Shown: piece after piece, positions 7,585 through 17,554 of the stretch
Numbering within the stretch: the stretch's first letter is position 1
How the letters are laid out: each line of letters opens with the position of its first letter
Assembly (NCBI RefSeq): GCF_000284115.1
Contig: NC_017080.1
Coordinates: 3,480,001 to 3,512,000, forward strand
Length of the DNA: 32,000 nt
Direction: 5' to 3'
Origin: Phycisphaera mikurensis NBRC 102666
Lineage (GTDB): Bacteria > Planctomycetota > Phycisphaerae > Phycisphaerales > Phycisphaeraceae
Notes under the pieces: generated by a model
Databases searched by the model: none
What the model was told of the DNA's origin: nothing
Seen by the model: only the letters and a program-made list of their open reading frames with translations
Program-made: the position numbers and the translations under genes

Positions 7585-8835
7585 ATGAACCACGCCCACC
7601 GCTCCATCACCCTGCCCGGCGGCTTCCGCGCCGCGGGCGTCGCCTGCGGGATCAAGGAGTCGGGGAAGCCGGACCTCATGCTGCTGGTGAGCGACGTGCC
7701 TTGCACGGCGGCGGGCACGTTCACGCGAAACGCGATCGTGGGCGCGGCGGTGGTGGTCGGGCGGCGGAACCTCGTCGACCGCGGGGGCAAGGGCTTCCGC
7801 GCGGCCGTGTGCAACAGCGGCAACGCCAATGTGATGCGGATCGGTCCCGACGGGCTCGCCGACGCGGAAGCGATGTGCCGGGCGGCGGCGGAGGCGGCGG
7901 GCTGCGAGGCCTCGGCGGTGCTGCCGGCGTCGACGGGGATCATCGGGCGGAAGCTGCCGATGGAGAAGGTTCTCGCGGGCGTGGCCGACGCGGCGGGCCG
8001 CTTGGAAGCGGGAGCGGCCGCGGACCGGGCGGCGGCGGACGCGATCCTGACGACGGACCTCACCCCGAAGACGGCGGTCCGCGGGGTCACGCTCCCGGCA
8101 AGCGGGACGCGCGTCACCCTCGGCGGGATCGCCAAGGGCAGCGGGATGATCGCGCCGGCGATGAGCCCCCCCACCGCGACGATGCTGGCGTTTCTCACGA
8201 CCGACGCGGCGGTGGACCCCGGCGTCCTCCAGGCGCTGCTGACGCGGGCGACGGCGACGAGCTTCAATCGGATCAGCGTCGACTCGGACACGTCCACCAG
8301 CGACACCGCGTACCTGCTGGCGTCGGGGGCGGCGGGCAACCCGGTGATCGACGACGCGGGATCCGAGGACGCGCTCGCTCTCGCGGAGGCGCTCGGCGAG
8401 GTCTGCGGCGAGCTGGCGGAGGCCATCGTCCGCGACGGCGAGGGGATGACCAAGCTCCTCCGCGTGGCGGTCCGCGGGGCCGCGAGCGAGGAAGACGCCG
8501 ACCGCGTGGGCCGGGCGATCTGCGACTCGCCGCTGGTGAAGTGCGCGGTCCACGGGGGCGATCCCAACTGGGGGCGCTTCGTGATGGCCATCGGCAAGAG
8601 CGGGGCCGCCGTGGACGGGACGCGGCTGCGGGTGACGCTCGGCGGGCACGCGGTGTTCACCGACGGCGTCCCGATCGACATGAACGACGACGCGGAGGAG
8701 AAGCTGACGGCCGCGCTCCGCGGCGACGAAGTCCGCGTCGGCGTCGACCTGCGGGCCGGTGACGCGTCGGCCGACTGGCTCGGTTGCGACCTCTCCCGCG
8801 CGTACATCGCCATCAACGCGGACTACCGGACCTGA
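7585..8835 (+). CDS. argJ: Bifunctional glutamate N-acetyltransferase/amino-acid acetyltransferase (ornithine acetyltransferase)
   Basis: ORF 7321..8835. ATG at 7585 gives MNHAHRSITLPGGFRAAGVACGIKESGKPDLML. The autoproteolytic site PTATMLAFLTTDA is present, along with SVDSDTSTSD, DGEG and DPNWGR, and the C-terminal INADYRT. Confidence 0.93.
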   Translation: MNHAHRSITLPGGFRAAGVACGIKESGKPDLMLLVSDVPCTAAGTFTRNAIVGAAVVVGRRNLVDRGGKGFRAAVCNSGNANVMRIGPDGLADAEAMCRAAAEAAGCEASAVLPASTGIIGRKLPMEKVLAGVADAAGRLEAGAAADRAAADAILTTDLTPKTAVRGVTLPASGTRVTLGGIAKGSGMIAPAMSPPTATMLAFLTTDAAVDPGVLQALLTRATATSFNRISVDSDTSTSDTAYLLASGAAGNPVIDDAGSEDALALAEALGEVCGELAEAIVRDGEGMTKLLRVAVRGAASEEDADRVGRAICDSPLVKCAVHGGDPNWGRFVMAIGKSGAAVDGTRLRVTLGGHAVFTDGVPIDMNDDAEEKLTAALRGDEVRVGVDLRAGDASADWLGCDLSRAYIAINADYRT

Positions 8836-8998
8836 CGCCGCGGGGCCTGGCGTCCCGCGCGATCGAGCCGGGCCCCGCGCGGCGGACACGGGGCAAGGCG
8901 GAGCCACAGCGAAGCGCCGACGCCCGGGAGGCCCTCGCCGCGGGAGCGCCCGCCCGCCCCCGCGTGCGGACGCGAGGTCTTCACCCAGCGCAACCCCG

Positions 8999-9024
8999 CC
9001 GCGGACCGCCGGCCGTTTCGGGCT

Positions 9025-9044
<20 letters not shown>
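8999..9044. repeat. 46-bp palindromic element, copy A
   Basis: ccgcggacc-gccggccgtttcgggcttcagggctcgt-ggtccgcgg, with a 28-nt spacer. It lies between the convergent argJ and the exported hypothetical gene. The stop codon of the latter (9025-9027) falls in the loop. Confidence 0.7.
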
Positions 9045-9987
<943 letters not shown>

Positions 9988-10059
9988 CGCAGAGGCTCCG
10001 GGGCTCCCATCCGGCGCTTGAACCTAGGTAGCATCCCCGCGTCGCTCCTACCTTCGCGG

Positions 10060-11016
10060 ATGCTCCCCTTCCGAACCCGGCTGCGCCCGCTCGCCACCGC
10101 CGCGTTGGTGCTGCTGCTCGCGCCGCTGGCGACCGCCCAGCGAGCCCTCCCCGGGGCGCCCACCGACGGCGACGACGACCCCACCGCCATCCCCGCCCCG
10201 CTGCGGGGCGTGGACGTCGGGCAACGCATCGGCAACGCCGTCCCGCTCGACGCCCCGCTGCTCGACGAGAGCGGGAACACGGTCCGCCTGCGCGACTACC
10301 TCGCCGACGGCGAGGGCAACCCGGTGCCGGTGCTCCTGAACCTGGGGTACTACGACTGCCCGCTGCTGTGCGTGCCGGTGCGGACCGGCATCGCCGACGC
10401 CGCCCGGCAGGCCGCGGCGGTGCCGGGTCGGGACTACCGGATCGTGTCGATCTCGATCAAGCCCGAGGAGTCACCGGACGTGGCGAACCTCTACAAGACG
10501 CGGGCCCTCAAGCGGATGAACCGCCTCGACACCACCGACGCCTCGTGGGCCTTCCTGACCGGGCCGGAGTCGTCCGTGCGGCCGATCGCCGACGCGGTCG
10601 GGTTCGGCTACCGGTACCTGCCGGCCCAGGACGACTACGCCCACGGCGCCTACATCACGTTCCTCTCGCCCGGCGAGGGCGACGAGACCACGCCGGGCAC
10701 CGTCACCAGCTACCTCAACGGCGTCAAGTACCCGCCCCAGCAGCTCGATCTCGCCATCGGCGACGCCTCCGCCGGCAGCCTCGGCTCGCCCTTCGCGGGG
10801 CTGATCGCGTGGTGCTACCAGTTCAGCGGGGCCCACGGGCAGTACGTGATCGTCGCCAAGCGGGTGATGGCGCTCGCTGGGCTGGTGATCCTCGTCGTGC
10901 TGGTCGTCGTCCTCGGCCTCCTGTTCAAGTGGGAGCGAGCCCGCCACGCCCGGCTCCGGGCGGGCGGGGCCGGCGGGGGCGAAGCCGACGACGCGGGAGC
11001 GCCCGCCGCGGGCTGA
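10060..11016 (+). CDS. SCO1/SenC-family copper chaperone/thiol-disulfide protein with C-terminal membrane anchor
   Basis: This is the tail of ORF 9034..11016. ATG at 10060 gives MLPFRTRLRPLATAALVLLLAPLATAQ (signal). The CxxxC motif YYDCPLLCVPV is present, and the C-terminal TM segment is VMALAGLVILVVLVVVLGLLF. It lies immediately upstream of the cox genes. Confidence 0.85.
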   Translation: MLPFRTRLRPLATAALVLLLAPLATAQRALPGAPTDGDDDPTAIPAPLRGVDVGQRIGNAVPLDAPLLDESGNTVRLRDYLADGEGNPVPVLLNLGYYDCPLLCVPVRTGIADAARQAAAVPGRDYRIVSISIKPEESPDVANLYKTRALKRMNRLDTTDASWAFLTGPESSVRPIADAVGFGYRYLPAQDDYAHGAYITFLSPGEGDETTPGTVTSYLNGVKYPPQQLDLAIGDASAGSLGSPFAGLIAWCYQFSGAHGQYVIVAKRVMALAGLVILVVLVVVLGLLFKWERARHARLRAGGAGGGEADDAGAPAAG

Positions 11017-11046
11017 GGCCGGGGACCGCCCCGCGGCCGCCCCGGC

Positions 11047-11053
11047 TAGACTC
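11047..11053 (+). promoter_or_regulatory. TAGACTC motif upstream of coxB
   Basis: ggcTAGACTCgatcc directly follows a 7-bp GC hairpin (11018-11024 with 11040-11046) after the sco stop, 106 nt before the coxB ATG. Confidence 0.25.
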
Positions 11054-11158
11054 GATCCGGCCCGCTGCTCCACCCGATGACGGGTGCGCCGGGCCCTCCC
11101 ACCGCTCCCCGCGAGGCCCGCCGCACCCGCGCCCCGCCGTTCCCGAAGCCGCTTCGCC

Positions 11159-12406
11159 ATGGCCGACCACACCGAAGAACCCACGACCCTCGCCGACGCT
11201 CCGCCGGAGGAGAAGCGGAAGGGCACCGCCTTGATCATGGGCGGCATCTTCCTGTTCTTCGCGGCGTGCTTCGTCGCGGCGCTCTTCGTCGAGTGGATGC
11301 CCAGCGACCCGGAGATCGCCGGCGGCTTTGGCTACACGGTCGACCCGCTCTACTCGTTCATCTACTGGACGAGCGTGTTCTTCTTCATCGTGGTGGGTCT
11401 GCTGATGTTCGTCTTCGCCGCCCTGGGGCGGCAGCGCAAGCACGAGCGCAACGAGGTCCGCCACGGGGCGACCCACAACACGCTCCTGGAGATCGGCTGG
11501 ACCACCCCGCCGCTCATCCTCGTGCTCGCCTTCTTCCTCCTGGGCTTCCGCGGCTACCTCGACATGGTCACGATCCCCGGCGGCGCCGGCGGCGCCTACC
11601 TGGTCGACGTCGAGGCGTACCAGTGGGGCTGGCAGTTCACCTACCCCAACGGCGGCGTCAACTCCGGCGGTGCGAACCAGGTCGTGCTCGACGTGCCCGC
11701 CGGGCGGCCGGTGCGGTTCAGGCTGTCCTCGCGCGACGTTCTGCACTCGCTTTACCTGCCCGACCAGCGGATCAAGAAGGACTGCGTGCCGGGCCGGTAC
11801 AACGAGATGTGGATCGAGGTGCCCGTGAGCGACCAGATCCAGCCCGGCGGCGTCTACAAGGACTTCGCGCTGCGTTGCACCGAGTACTGCGGCCAGCAGC
11901 ACAGCCAGATGAACGGCATCCTCCGCGTCTGGCACCCCGACGACTGGGCCGCCCGCGAAGAGGCGATCAACACCTGGAACAAGCCCGAAGCCGACGGCAG
12001 CCGGATGAGCCCCGTCGAGCTGGGGAAGTACGTGTGGGAGCAGAGCGGCGGCTGCGTCTCGTGCCACTCCATCGACGGCAGCTCCGGCACGGGCCCGAGC
12101 TGGAAGAACCTCTACAGCCCCGGCGGCGGCGACCACGAGCACCCCGGCATCGACGAGATCGACGAGGCGTACATCCTCGAGTCGATCTACTACCCCGGCA
12201 ACTACATCGTGCCCGGCTACCCGAATCAGATGGCCAGCTACGCCGGGCAGCTGAACTACGGCGACGTGCTCGCCGTGGACGCGTTCATCCGCAGCATCAG
12301 CGAGGGCTTCCCCGAGGACCAGATCCGCAAGGAGTGGCCCGCCGAGTACGACGGCCGCACCTGGCTGGACATGAGCAACCAGCCCACCGGGCCCCCGCTG
12401 AAGTGA
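11159..12406 (+). CDS. coxB: Cytochrome c oxidase subunit II fused to a C-terminal cytochrome c domain (caa3-like)
   Basis: ORF 11084..12406. ATG at 11159 gives MADHTEEP. There are N-terminal TM helices and CuA ligands (HSLYLP, CTEYCGQQHSQM). The C-terminal heme-binding motif is CVSCH. Confidence 0.92.
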   Translation: MADHTEEPTTLADAPPEEKRKGTALIMGGIFLFFAACFVAALFVEWMPSDPEIAGGFGYTVDPLYSFIYWTSVFFFIVVGLLMFVFAALGRQRKHERNEVRHGATHNTLLEIGWTTPPLILVLAFFLLGFRGYLDMVTIPGGAGGAYLVDVEAYQWGWQFTYPNGGVNSGGANQVVLDVPAGRPVRFRLSSRDVLHSLYLPDQRIKKDCVPGRYNEMWIEVPVSDQIQPGGVYKDFALRCTEYCGQQHSQMNGILRVWHPDDWAAREEAINTWNKPEADGSRMSPVELGKYVWEQSGGCVSCHSIDGSSGTGPSWKNLYSPGGGDHEHPGIDEIDEAYILESIYYPGNYIVPGYPNQMASYAGQLNYGDVLAVDAFIRSISEGFPEDQIRKEWPAEYDGRTWLDMSNQPTGPPLK

Positions 12407-12634
12407 GGCGGATGCCCGGGACCCAGACGCTCGGGGTGCCGCCCGCCGGCTCGGGACGCGGCGAAACGGGGAGCCGCCGGACCGCCGCGGAGCCGCCGAA
12501 CCGGCCCGAGCCGTCCGCCGGAGCGCCCGAGCCCGCCGGCCCCACCCCGGCCGATCCGCCCGGTGCCTCCTTCCGCGGGTTCTGCGGCTCGCTCCGGGCG
12601 GACCCGCAACAAAGCCGAAGACGATCCATGGAAT

Positions 12635-12680
12635 CCGCGGACCGCCGGCTAAAATCGTCCGAAACAGTCACGGTCCGCGG
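12635..12680. repeat. 46-bp palindromic element, copy B
   Basis: ccgcggacc-gccggctaaaatcgtccgaaacagtcac-ggtccgcgg. The perfect stem extends to 13 bp (12632-12644 with 12671-12683). It lies in the coxB-coxA spacer. Confidence 0.75.
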
Positions 12681-12682
12681 AT

Positions 12683-12710
12683 TTTGAAGCCCAGCAGACC
12701 GTCTTAGACT
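12683..12710 (+). promoter_or_regulatory. Candidate internal promoter for coxA (TTTGAA-N16-TAGACT)
   Basis: It lies immediately 3' of the copy B hairpin. The TAGACT(C) motif is shared with the regions upstream of coxB and coxC. It is pattern-based only. Confidence 0.3.
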
Positions 12711-12769
12711 CCGATCGCACCCTGAGCGTCGCCCGCACCGCGCCGCCCCCCAGCCGAAGGCTGAAACCC

Positions 12770-14560
12770 ATGAGCGTCATCGACCAACCCAGCGGAGGCG
12801 TGCTGGCCCCCCAGCCCCGCGATCCTTCCACCGACCTCGAGGCCGCCGGCGGCCACACCGACCAGTGGGGCAACCCGGTCGACGTCAGCGGCACGAACAA
12901 CTACATCACGTACGGCAAGGGGTTTCTGTCGTGGGCGCTCACGATCGACCACAAGCGCATCGCGCTCATGTACCTGGTCGGCGTGCTGGCGGCGTTCTTC
13001 CTCGGCGGCACGATGGCCATCGTCCTGCGGACGATGCTGCTGACCAACAGCGACTTCGCCGCGGGCGCCGAGGGCCTCAAGAGCGTCGAGTACCTGAAGT
13101 TTTACAACCAGGCCTTCACGATCCACGGGGCCGTGATGGTGTTCATGTTCATCATCCCGGCGATCCCGGGCGTGATCGGCAACTTCGCCCTGCCCATGAT
13201 GGTCGGGGCGAAGGACGTCGCGTTCCCGAAGCTCAACCTGATGAGCTTCTACTGCTGGCTCGTCGGCTCGATCATGTTCCTGATCGTGCTCACCCAAGGC
13301 GGCTTGGACACCGGCTGGACCTTCTACACGCCGTACTCGATCCAGACGACCACCGCGGCGACGTGGGCGGTCATGGGTGCCTTCGTGCTCGGCTTCGCCT
13401 CGATCCTCACGGGCGTCAACTTCATCGCGACGGTCCACATGCTCCGCCCGGCGAGCCAGGGCTGGTTCCGCCTGCCGCTGCTTCTGTGGGCTCTGTACGC
13501 CACCGCGATCATCCAGATCCTCGCCACCCCGGTGCTGGCGATCACGCTGCTGCTGGTGGCGGCCGAGCGGACGCTGGGCGTGGGCATCTTCGACCCGGCC
13601 CTCGGCGGCGACCCGGTGCTCTTCCAGCACTTCTTCTGGTTCTACAGCCACCCGGCCGTGTACATCATGATCTTGCCCGCCCTGGGCGTGGTCAGCGAGA
13701 TCGTCTCGGTCTTCAGCCGCAAGCACATCTTCGGCTACAAGTTCATCGCCTTCAGCTCGCTGGCGATCGCTCTGTTCGGCTTCATCGTGTGGGGCCACCA
13801 CATGTTCACCAGCGGCCAGAGCTGGCTGCTGAACGCGCTGTTCTCGCTCGTCTCGATGAGCGTGGCGATCCCCTCGGCCGTGAAGGTGTTCAACTGGCTG
13901 GCGACGATGTACCGCGGCCGCATCCGGCTCGACACGCCCATGCTTTACGCGATGGGCTTCATCTGGCTGTTCACGATCGGCGGCCTCACCGGCCTCTTCC
14001 TGGCGAGCCTCAGCGTCGACATCCACTTCCACGACACGTACTTCGTGGTCGCCCACTTCCACTACGTGATGGTGGGCTCGACGCTCTTCGCCTTCATCGG
14101 CGGCCTCTACTACTGGTGGCCGAAGATGTTCGGCAAGGGCTACGACGAATACTGGGGCCGCATCGGCGCGATCGTCGTCTTCCTGGGCTTCAACCTGACC
14201 TTCTTCATCCAGTTCCTCGCCGGTTCGCTGGGCATGCCCCGCCGCTACGGCGACTACGCCGACGAGTTCCAGGTCTACCACATCGTCTCGACGATCGGCA
14301 GCTACGTGCTGACGGTGGGCCTGTTCATCGTGCTGTTCAACTGGATCTGGAGCCTGTGGAAGGGCAAGGCCGCGCCGGCCAACCCCTGGGGCGCCAACAC
14401 CCCCGAGTGGCAGTCGACCAGCCCGCCCGAGCACGCGAACTTCAAGACCGCCCCGATCATCACGGATCCCTACTGCTTCGACGGCTGGGCGTACCGCGAG
14501 GACATCGACGGCTACGTCATGCGGGACGATTACGAGGAGCGGTCGGTGCCGCGGCACTGA
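12770..14560 (+). CDS. coxA: Cytochrome c oxidase subunit I (heme-copper oxidase, A-type)
   Basis: A 596-aa ORF with canonical motifs: GGFGN-like [43 protein letters not shown] and VAHFHYVM. Confidence 0.97.
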   Translation: MSVIDQPSGGVLAPQPRDPSTDLEAAGGHTDQWGNPVDVSGTNNYITYGKGFLSWALTIDHKRIALMYLVGVLAAFFLGGTMAIVLRTMLLTNSDFAAGAEGLKSVEYLKFYNQAFTIHGAVMVFMFIIPAIPGVIGNFALPMMVGAKDVAFPKLNLMSFYCWLVGSIMFLIVLTQGGLDTGWTFYTPYSIQTTTAATWAVMGAFVLGFASILTGVNFIATVHMLRPASQGWFRLPLLLWALYATAIIQILATPVLAITLLLVAAERTLGVGIFDPALGGDPVLFQHFFWFYSHPAVYIMILPALGVVSEIVSVFSRKHIFGYKFIAFSSLAIALFGFIVWGHHMFTSGQSWLLNALFSLVSMSVAIPSAVKVFNWLATMYRGRIRLDTPMLYAMGFIWLFTIGGLTGLFLASLSVDIHFHDTYFVVAHFHYVMVGSTLFAFIGGLYYWWPKMFGKGYDEYWGRIGAIVVFLGFNLTFFIQFLAGSLGMPRRYGDYADEFQVYHIVSTIGSYVLTVGLFIVLFNWIWSLWKGKAAPANPWGANTPEWQSTSPPEHANFKTAPIITDPYCFDGWAYREDIDGYVMRDDYEERSVPRH

Positions 14561-14786
14561 GGTCATCCGGCTCCGGCGGGGCGGGTCCCGGCGCCTCGGT
14601 GCCTGTGTGTCGGCGGAGCCACCGCTTTGGGGGAGGCGCTGCCGTGGGGCCGGCGGCGCCGCCCCGACGCACCCGGCGGAGCGGCCCACCGGCCTCTTTT
14701 CGCCGCTTCAACCGATGAGCCCGATGAGCCCGACACCGCGGCCCCAAGGCTCGACGAGCGGTCGGGGACGCCGGCCGCTTCTTCTT

Positions 14787-14793
14787 TAGACTC
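14787..14793 (+). promoter_or_regulatory. TAGACTC motif upstream of coxC
   Basis: tttTAGACTCccaacccATG. The motif ends 7 nt before the coxC ATG, so if it is a -10 element the mRNA would be nearly leaderless. Confidence 0.25.
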
Positions 14794-14800
14794 CCAACCC

Positions 14801-16159
14801 ATGAGCGCCACCGCCGACCCCGCCCAGAACCCCGCCGACGACGGCGGGCATCACGACGCCCACGGCGAGCACGGGCACGACCCGAACCTGGCCCATCACT
14901 TCGACACGATGGAGCAGCAGTTCGAGTCGGGCAAGCTGGGCATGTGGGTGTTCCTCGCGACCGAGATCCTGATGTTCGGCGGGCTCTTCTGCGCCTACGC
15001 CATCTACCGGGGCAACAACCCCGAGATCTTCCTGTTCGCGCACCAGGCGCTGGACACGAACATGGGCGCGATCAACACCGTCGTCCTGCTGGCCAGCTCG
15101 TTCACGATGGCCGTGGGCGTGAAGGCGGCGTCGCAGGGGCGTCAGGCGCTGCTGCTGTCGATGCTGGTCATCACCTTCCTCGGCGGCGTGGGGTTCATGA
15201 CCATCAAGTCGATGGAGTACGTGGCCAAGTGGGACAAGGGCCTGTGGATCGGCGACAAGAACGTCTTCTATGCCAACGCCGAGGGCTTCGAGAGCGCCGA
15301 GGCGAAGCAGAAGAAGGAGGACTCGACGATCCAGTACATCGAGAGCCACGGCCACGGGGACGGCCACGGGGGCGACGCGAGCCACGACGCGCCCGCGGCG
15401 CACGGCGGCGACGCGGCGCACGCCGGTGACCACAGCGACGCCCCGCTGGAGATGACCGACCGCAGAGCGGGCGTGCCGGGCGGCACCCCCGGGGAAGTGC
15501 ACGACGGGCCCGTCGCCGAGAACGCCGCGGTGGGCGGCCACGCGGACGCGCCGGTGACCGAGGATCCCGCGGAGGTGGCCGCCGGCCGGCCCGGCGAGAA
15601 CGCCGCCGTGCAGCCCGGCAACACGACCGGCGTCGGGCTCGCCGAGGACCACGGCTCCGGCTCCTCCCCGGCCCCCGGGCCCGACGCGGCGGACGTGGTG
15701 ACGCAGCCCGCCCCGGTGCTCGGCGGGACCCCCTCCTGGCCGCCGGTGCCGGCGGACCACATGGTGCTTCCCGCCCCGGTGAACCTCGCGGCGGCGACCA
15801 ACGAGCCCTTCCTCAACGCCGCCCCGGAGGTGGGCGTGATCGAGGGCATGGTCAGCGGCTCGGCGGAGGTGCAGGCCAAGGAGCTGGCCGGGCCCAAGCA
15901 GTACCCCGGGTTCCACAGCCTCTCGCCGCTGGACCAGGAGCGGACGCACATCTTCTTCCAGATCTACTTTGTGATGACGGGCCTCCACGGCCTGCACGTG
16001 CTCATCGGGATGGGGCTGATCTTCTGGGTCACGGTGGCCGCGATCAAGACGCCCTTCGGGCCGGCCTACTACGCCCCGGTCGACATCGTCGGCCTGTACT
16101 GGCACCTGGTCGATCTCATCTGGATCTTCCTGTTCCCGCTGCTGTACCTCATCCACTAA
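14801..16159 (+). CDS. coxC: Cytochrome c oxidase subunit III with a ~230-aa low-complexity insertion
   Basis: ORF 14627..16159. ATG at 14801 gives MSATADPAQNP. Subunit III helices are present (GMWVFLATEILMFGGLF, and FFQIYFVMTGLHGLHVLIG..YWHLVDLIWIFLFPLLYL). An open, high-GC3 His/Asp/Ala/Pro-rich stretch at about 15239-15940 separates them. Confidence 0.85.
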   Translation: MSATADPAQNPADDGGHHDAHGEHGHDPNLAHHFDTMEQQFESGKLGMWVFLATEILMFGGLFCAYAIYRGNNPEIFLFAHQALDTNMGAINTVVLLASSFTMAVGVKAASQGRQALLLSMLVITFLGGVGFMTIKSMEYVAKWDKGLWIGDKNVFYANAEGFESAEAKQKKEDSTIQYIESHGHGDGHGGDASHDAPAAHGGDAAHAGDHSDAPLEMTDRRAGVPGGTPGEVHDGPVAENAAVGGHADAPVTEDPAEVAAGRPGENAAVQPGNTTGVGLAEDHGSGSSPAPGPDAADVVTQPAPVLGGTPSWPPVPADHMVLPAPVNLAAATNEPFLNAAPEVGVIEGMVSGSAEVQAKELAGPKQYPGFHSLSPLDQERTHIFFQIYFVMTGLHGLHVLIGMGLIFWVTVAAIKTPFGPAYYAPVDIVGLYWHLVDLIWIFLFPLLYLIH

Positions 16160-16260
16160 GCCCGCCGGGCGTGCCCCGCCCCGCCCCCGCACCCCTCCCC
16201 GACCCGCCGGGGCCGCGCCCCGGCGTGGAGCCAACCAACCCTCAAGCAAGCAGCAACACG

Positions 16261-16701
16261 ATGTCGGAAGCACTCGAACAGGACAAGCTCGGCGGCGAGT
16301 CCGCGGCGGAAGCCCAGGGTCCCGCCCGCCGCGTCGAGGCGCACGCGCACGGGTTCGGCGACGCGAACGCCGACCACGACCACCACGACCACGGCCCCAG
16401 CTACAAGCTGCTGACCCTGGTCTTCGTCACGCTGCTCGCCCTGACGTGGCTGACCGTGCACGTCGTCAACTACGACTTCGGCTACAACGGCAACCTGATC
16501 CTGGCGATGGCGATCGCGACGGTGAAAGTCGCGGTGGTGGGGCTCTGGTTCATGCACCTGCGCTACGACCCGCCGATCTTCGGCTTCACGCTGCTGCTCT
16601 CCTTCGCGTTCGTCGCGCTGTTCATCATCTTCACGCTGCTGGACACCTCCGAGGTCCTCTACCGCGTGCAGGAAGCGGCGACGACCTCGGCCAGCCAGTA
16701 G
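16261..16701 (+). CDS. Cytochrome c oxidase subunit IV family protein (prokaryotic)
   Basis: ORF 16171..16701 with ATG at 16261. It has a His-rich N-terminus followed by three TM helices (YKLLTLVFVTLLALTWLTV, LILAMAIATVKVAVVGLWFMHLRYD, FGFTLLLSFAFVALFIIFTLLD), typical of small subunit IV proteins. Confidence 0.8.
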   Translation: MSEALEQDKLGGESAAEAQGPARRVEAHAHGFGDANADHDHHDHGPSYKLLTLVFVTLLALTWLTVHVVNYDFGYNGNLILAMAIATVKVAVVGLWFMHLRYDPPIFGFTLLLSFAFVALFIIFTLLDTSEVLYRVQEAATTSASQ

Positions 16702-16793
16702 CGGGGGCCGCGGGCCGGGCGGCTCCAAACGGCCCGAAGCACCGGGTGGAGAGCCTGGACGTTTCGGACGTTTTTCGCGCGCTACCATCCCCC

Positions 16794-17465
16794 ATGGAAG
16801 CCGCCGCCGAGACCGCGAACCGCCGCCCGACCCCCCCGCCGCACGTCGTCCCGCGGGGCACGTCGGAGCTGGGCATGTACCTGTTCCTCGCGTCGCTGGG
16901 CCTGCTGTTCGCGGCCTCCATGCTGGGCTACGGCATCTTCCGGATCATGGCGACGATGGAGCGGCAGACAACCGTGTCCGCCGCCGGCTCGGTGCTCAAC
17001 GCGGCGGGAGACTCGGTCCGGCCGCCGCTGCCGCTGCAGAGCCTGAGCCTGCCGTGGCCGCTGTGGTTCTCTTCGGGGGTGATCCTGCTGTCGGGCTGGA
17101 CGCTGCACCGGGCGGTGCAGAAGGTCCGCGTGGAGAAGCTCGCCGAGTTCCGCCAGATGCTCGTGGCGACGCTGCTGCTCTCGATGCTGTTCCTGATCGT
17201 CCAGACGCCGGCGCTGATCGCGCTGGTCATGGAGCGTCAGGCCGATCATGCCACCGCCCTCTCGGGCTTCCTCTTCTTCTTGATCCTGCTGCACGCCCTG
17301 CACGTCGTCGGCGGCGTCGTCCCGCTGTTCAAGGTGACGCTCAGCGCGTACGCCGGGCGCTACGACCACGAGCACTACGGGCCGGTGAAGATGCTGGCGA
17401 TGTACTGGCACTTCCTGGACCTGGTGTGGATCGTGATGTTCGGCGTCTTCCTCGCGCTGGGGTAG
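16794..17465 (+). CDS. Second heme-copper oxidase subunit III-family protein
   Basis: This is the tail of ORF 16446..17465, with ATG at 16794 (MEAAAETANRR). The motifs GMYLFLASLGLLFAASMLGY and FFLILLHALHVVGG..YWHFLDLVWIVMFGVFL fit the subunit III pattern. Confidence 0.8.
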   Translation: MEAAAETANRRPTPPPHVVPRGTSELGMYLFLASLGLLFAASMLGYGIFRIMATMERQTTVSAAGSVLNAAGDSVRPPLPLQSLSLPWPLWFSSGVILLSGWTLHRAVQKVRVEKLAEFRQMLVATLLLSMLFLIVQTPALIALVMERQADHATALSGFLFFLILLHALHVVGGVVPLFKVTLSAYAGRYDHEHYGPVKMLAMYWHFLDLVWIVMFGVFLALG

Positions 17466-17554
17466 GCGGAGCGCCGCGGCGTGTGGCCGCCGGGGACACC
17501 CGATCCGGGGGAAGAACCGCCACGCGAGCGGGATCCCGCCTCGCAGAAGGTGCG

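Noticed and set aside
8018-8084. CCGCGGACC (8018-8026) and GGTCCGCGG (8076-8084) inside argJ, which could be another palindromic element copy.
   Set aside because: The spacer is 49 nt, not 28. The arms encode common Ala-Asp-Arg and Ala-Val-Arg-Gly codons, and no loop similarity is present. I treat these as chance half-sites. Other lone half-sites occur at 8469, 9279, 23371 and 28014.
12419-12690. A possible small ORF (MPGTQTLGVPPAGSGRGETGSRR...) filling the coxB-coxA spacer.
   Set aside because: It is a Pro/Gly/Arg/Ala low-complexity translation with no hydrophobic segment expected of a small oxidase subunit. The frame is simply open in GC-rich DNA, and the spacer is better explained by the repeat element and promoter-like motifs.
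16757-16773. A direct repeat ggacgttt x2 followed by a T-run, between the subunit IV gene and the second subunit III gene.
   Set aside because: It is too short and is a single occurrence. It might be a weak terminator or promoter feature, but there is nothing to support a call.
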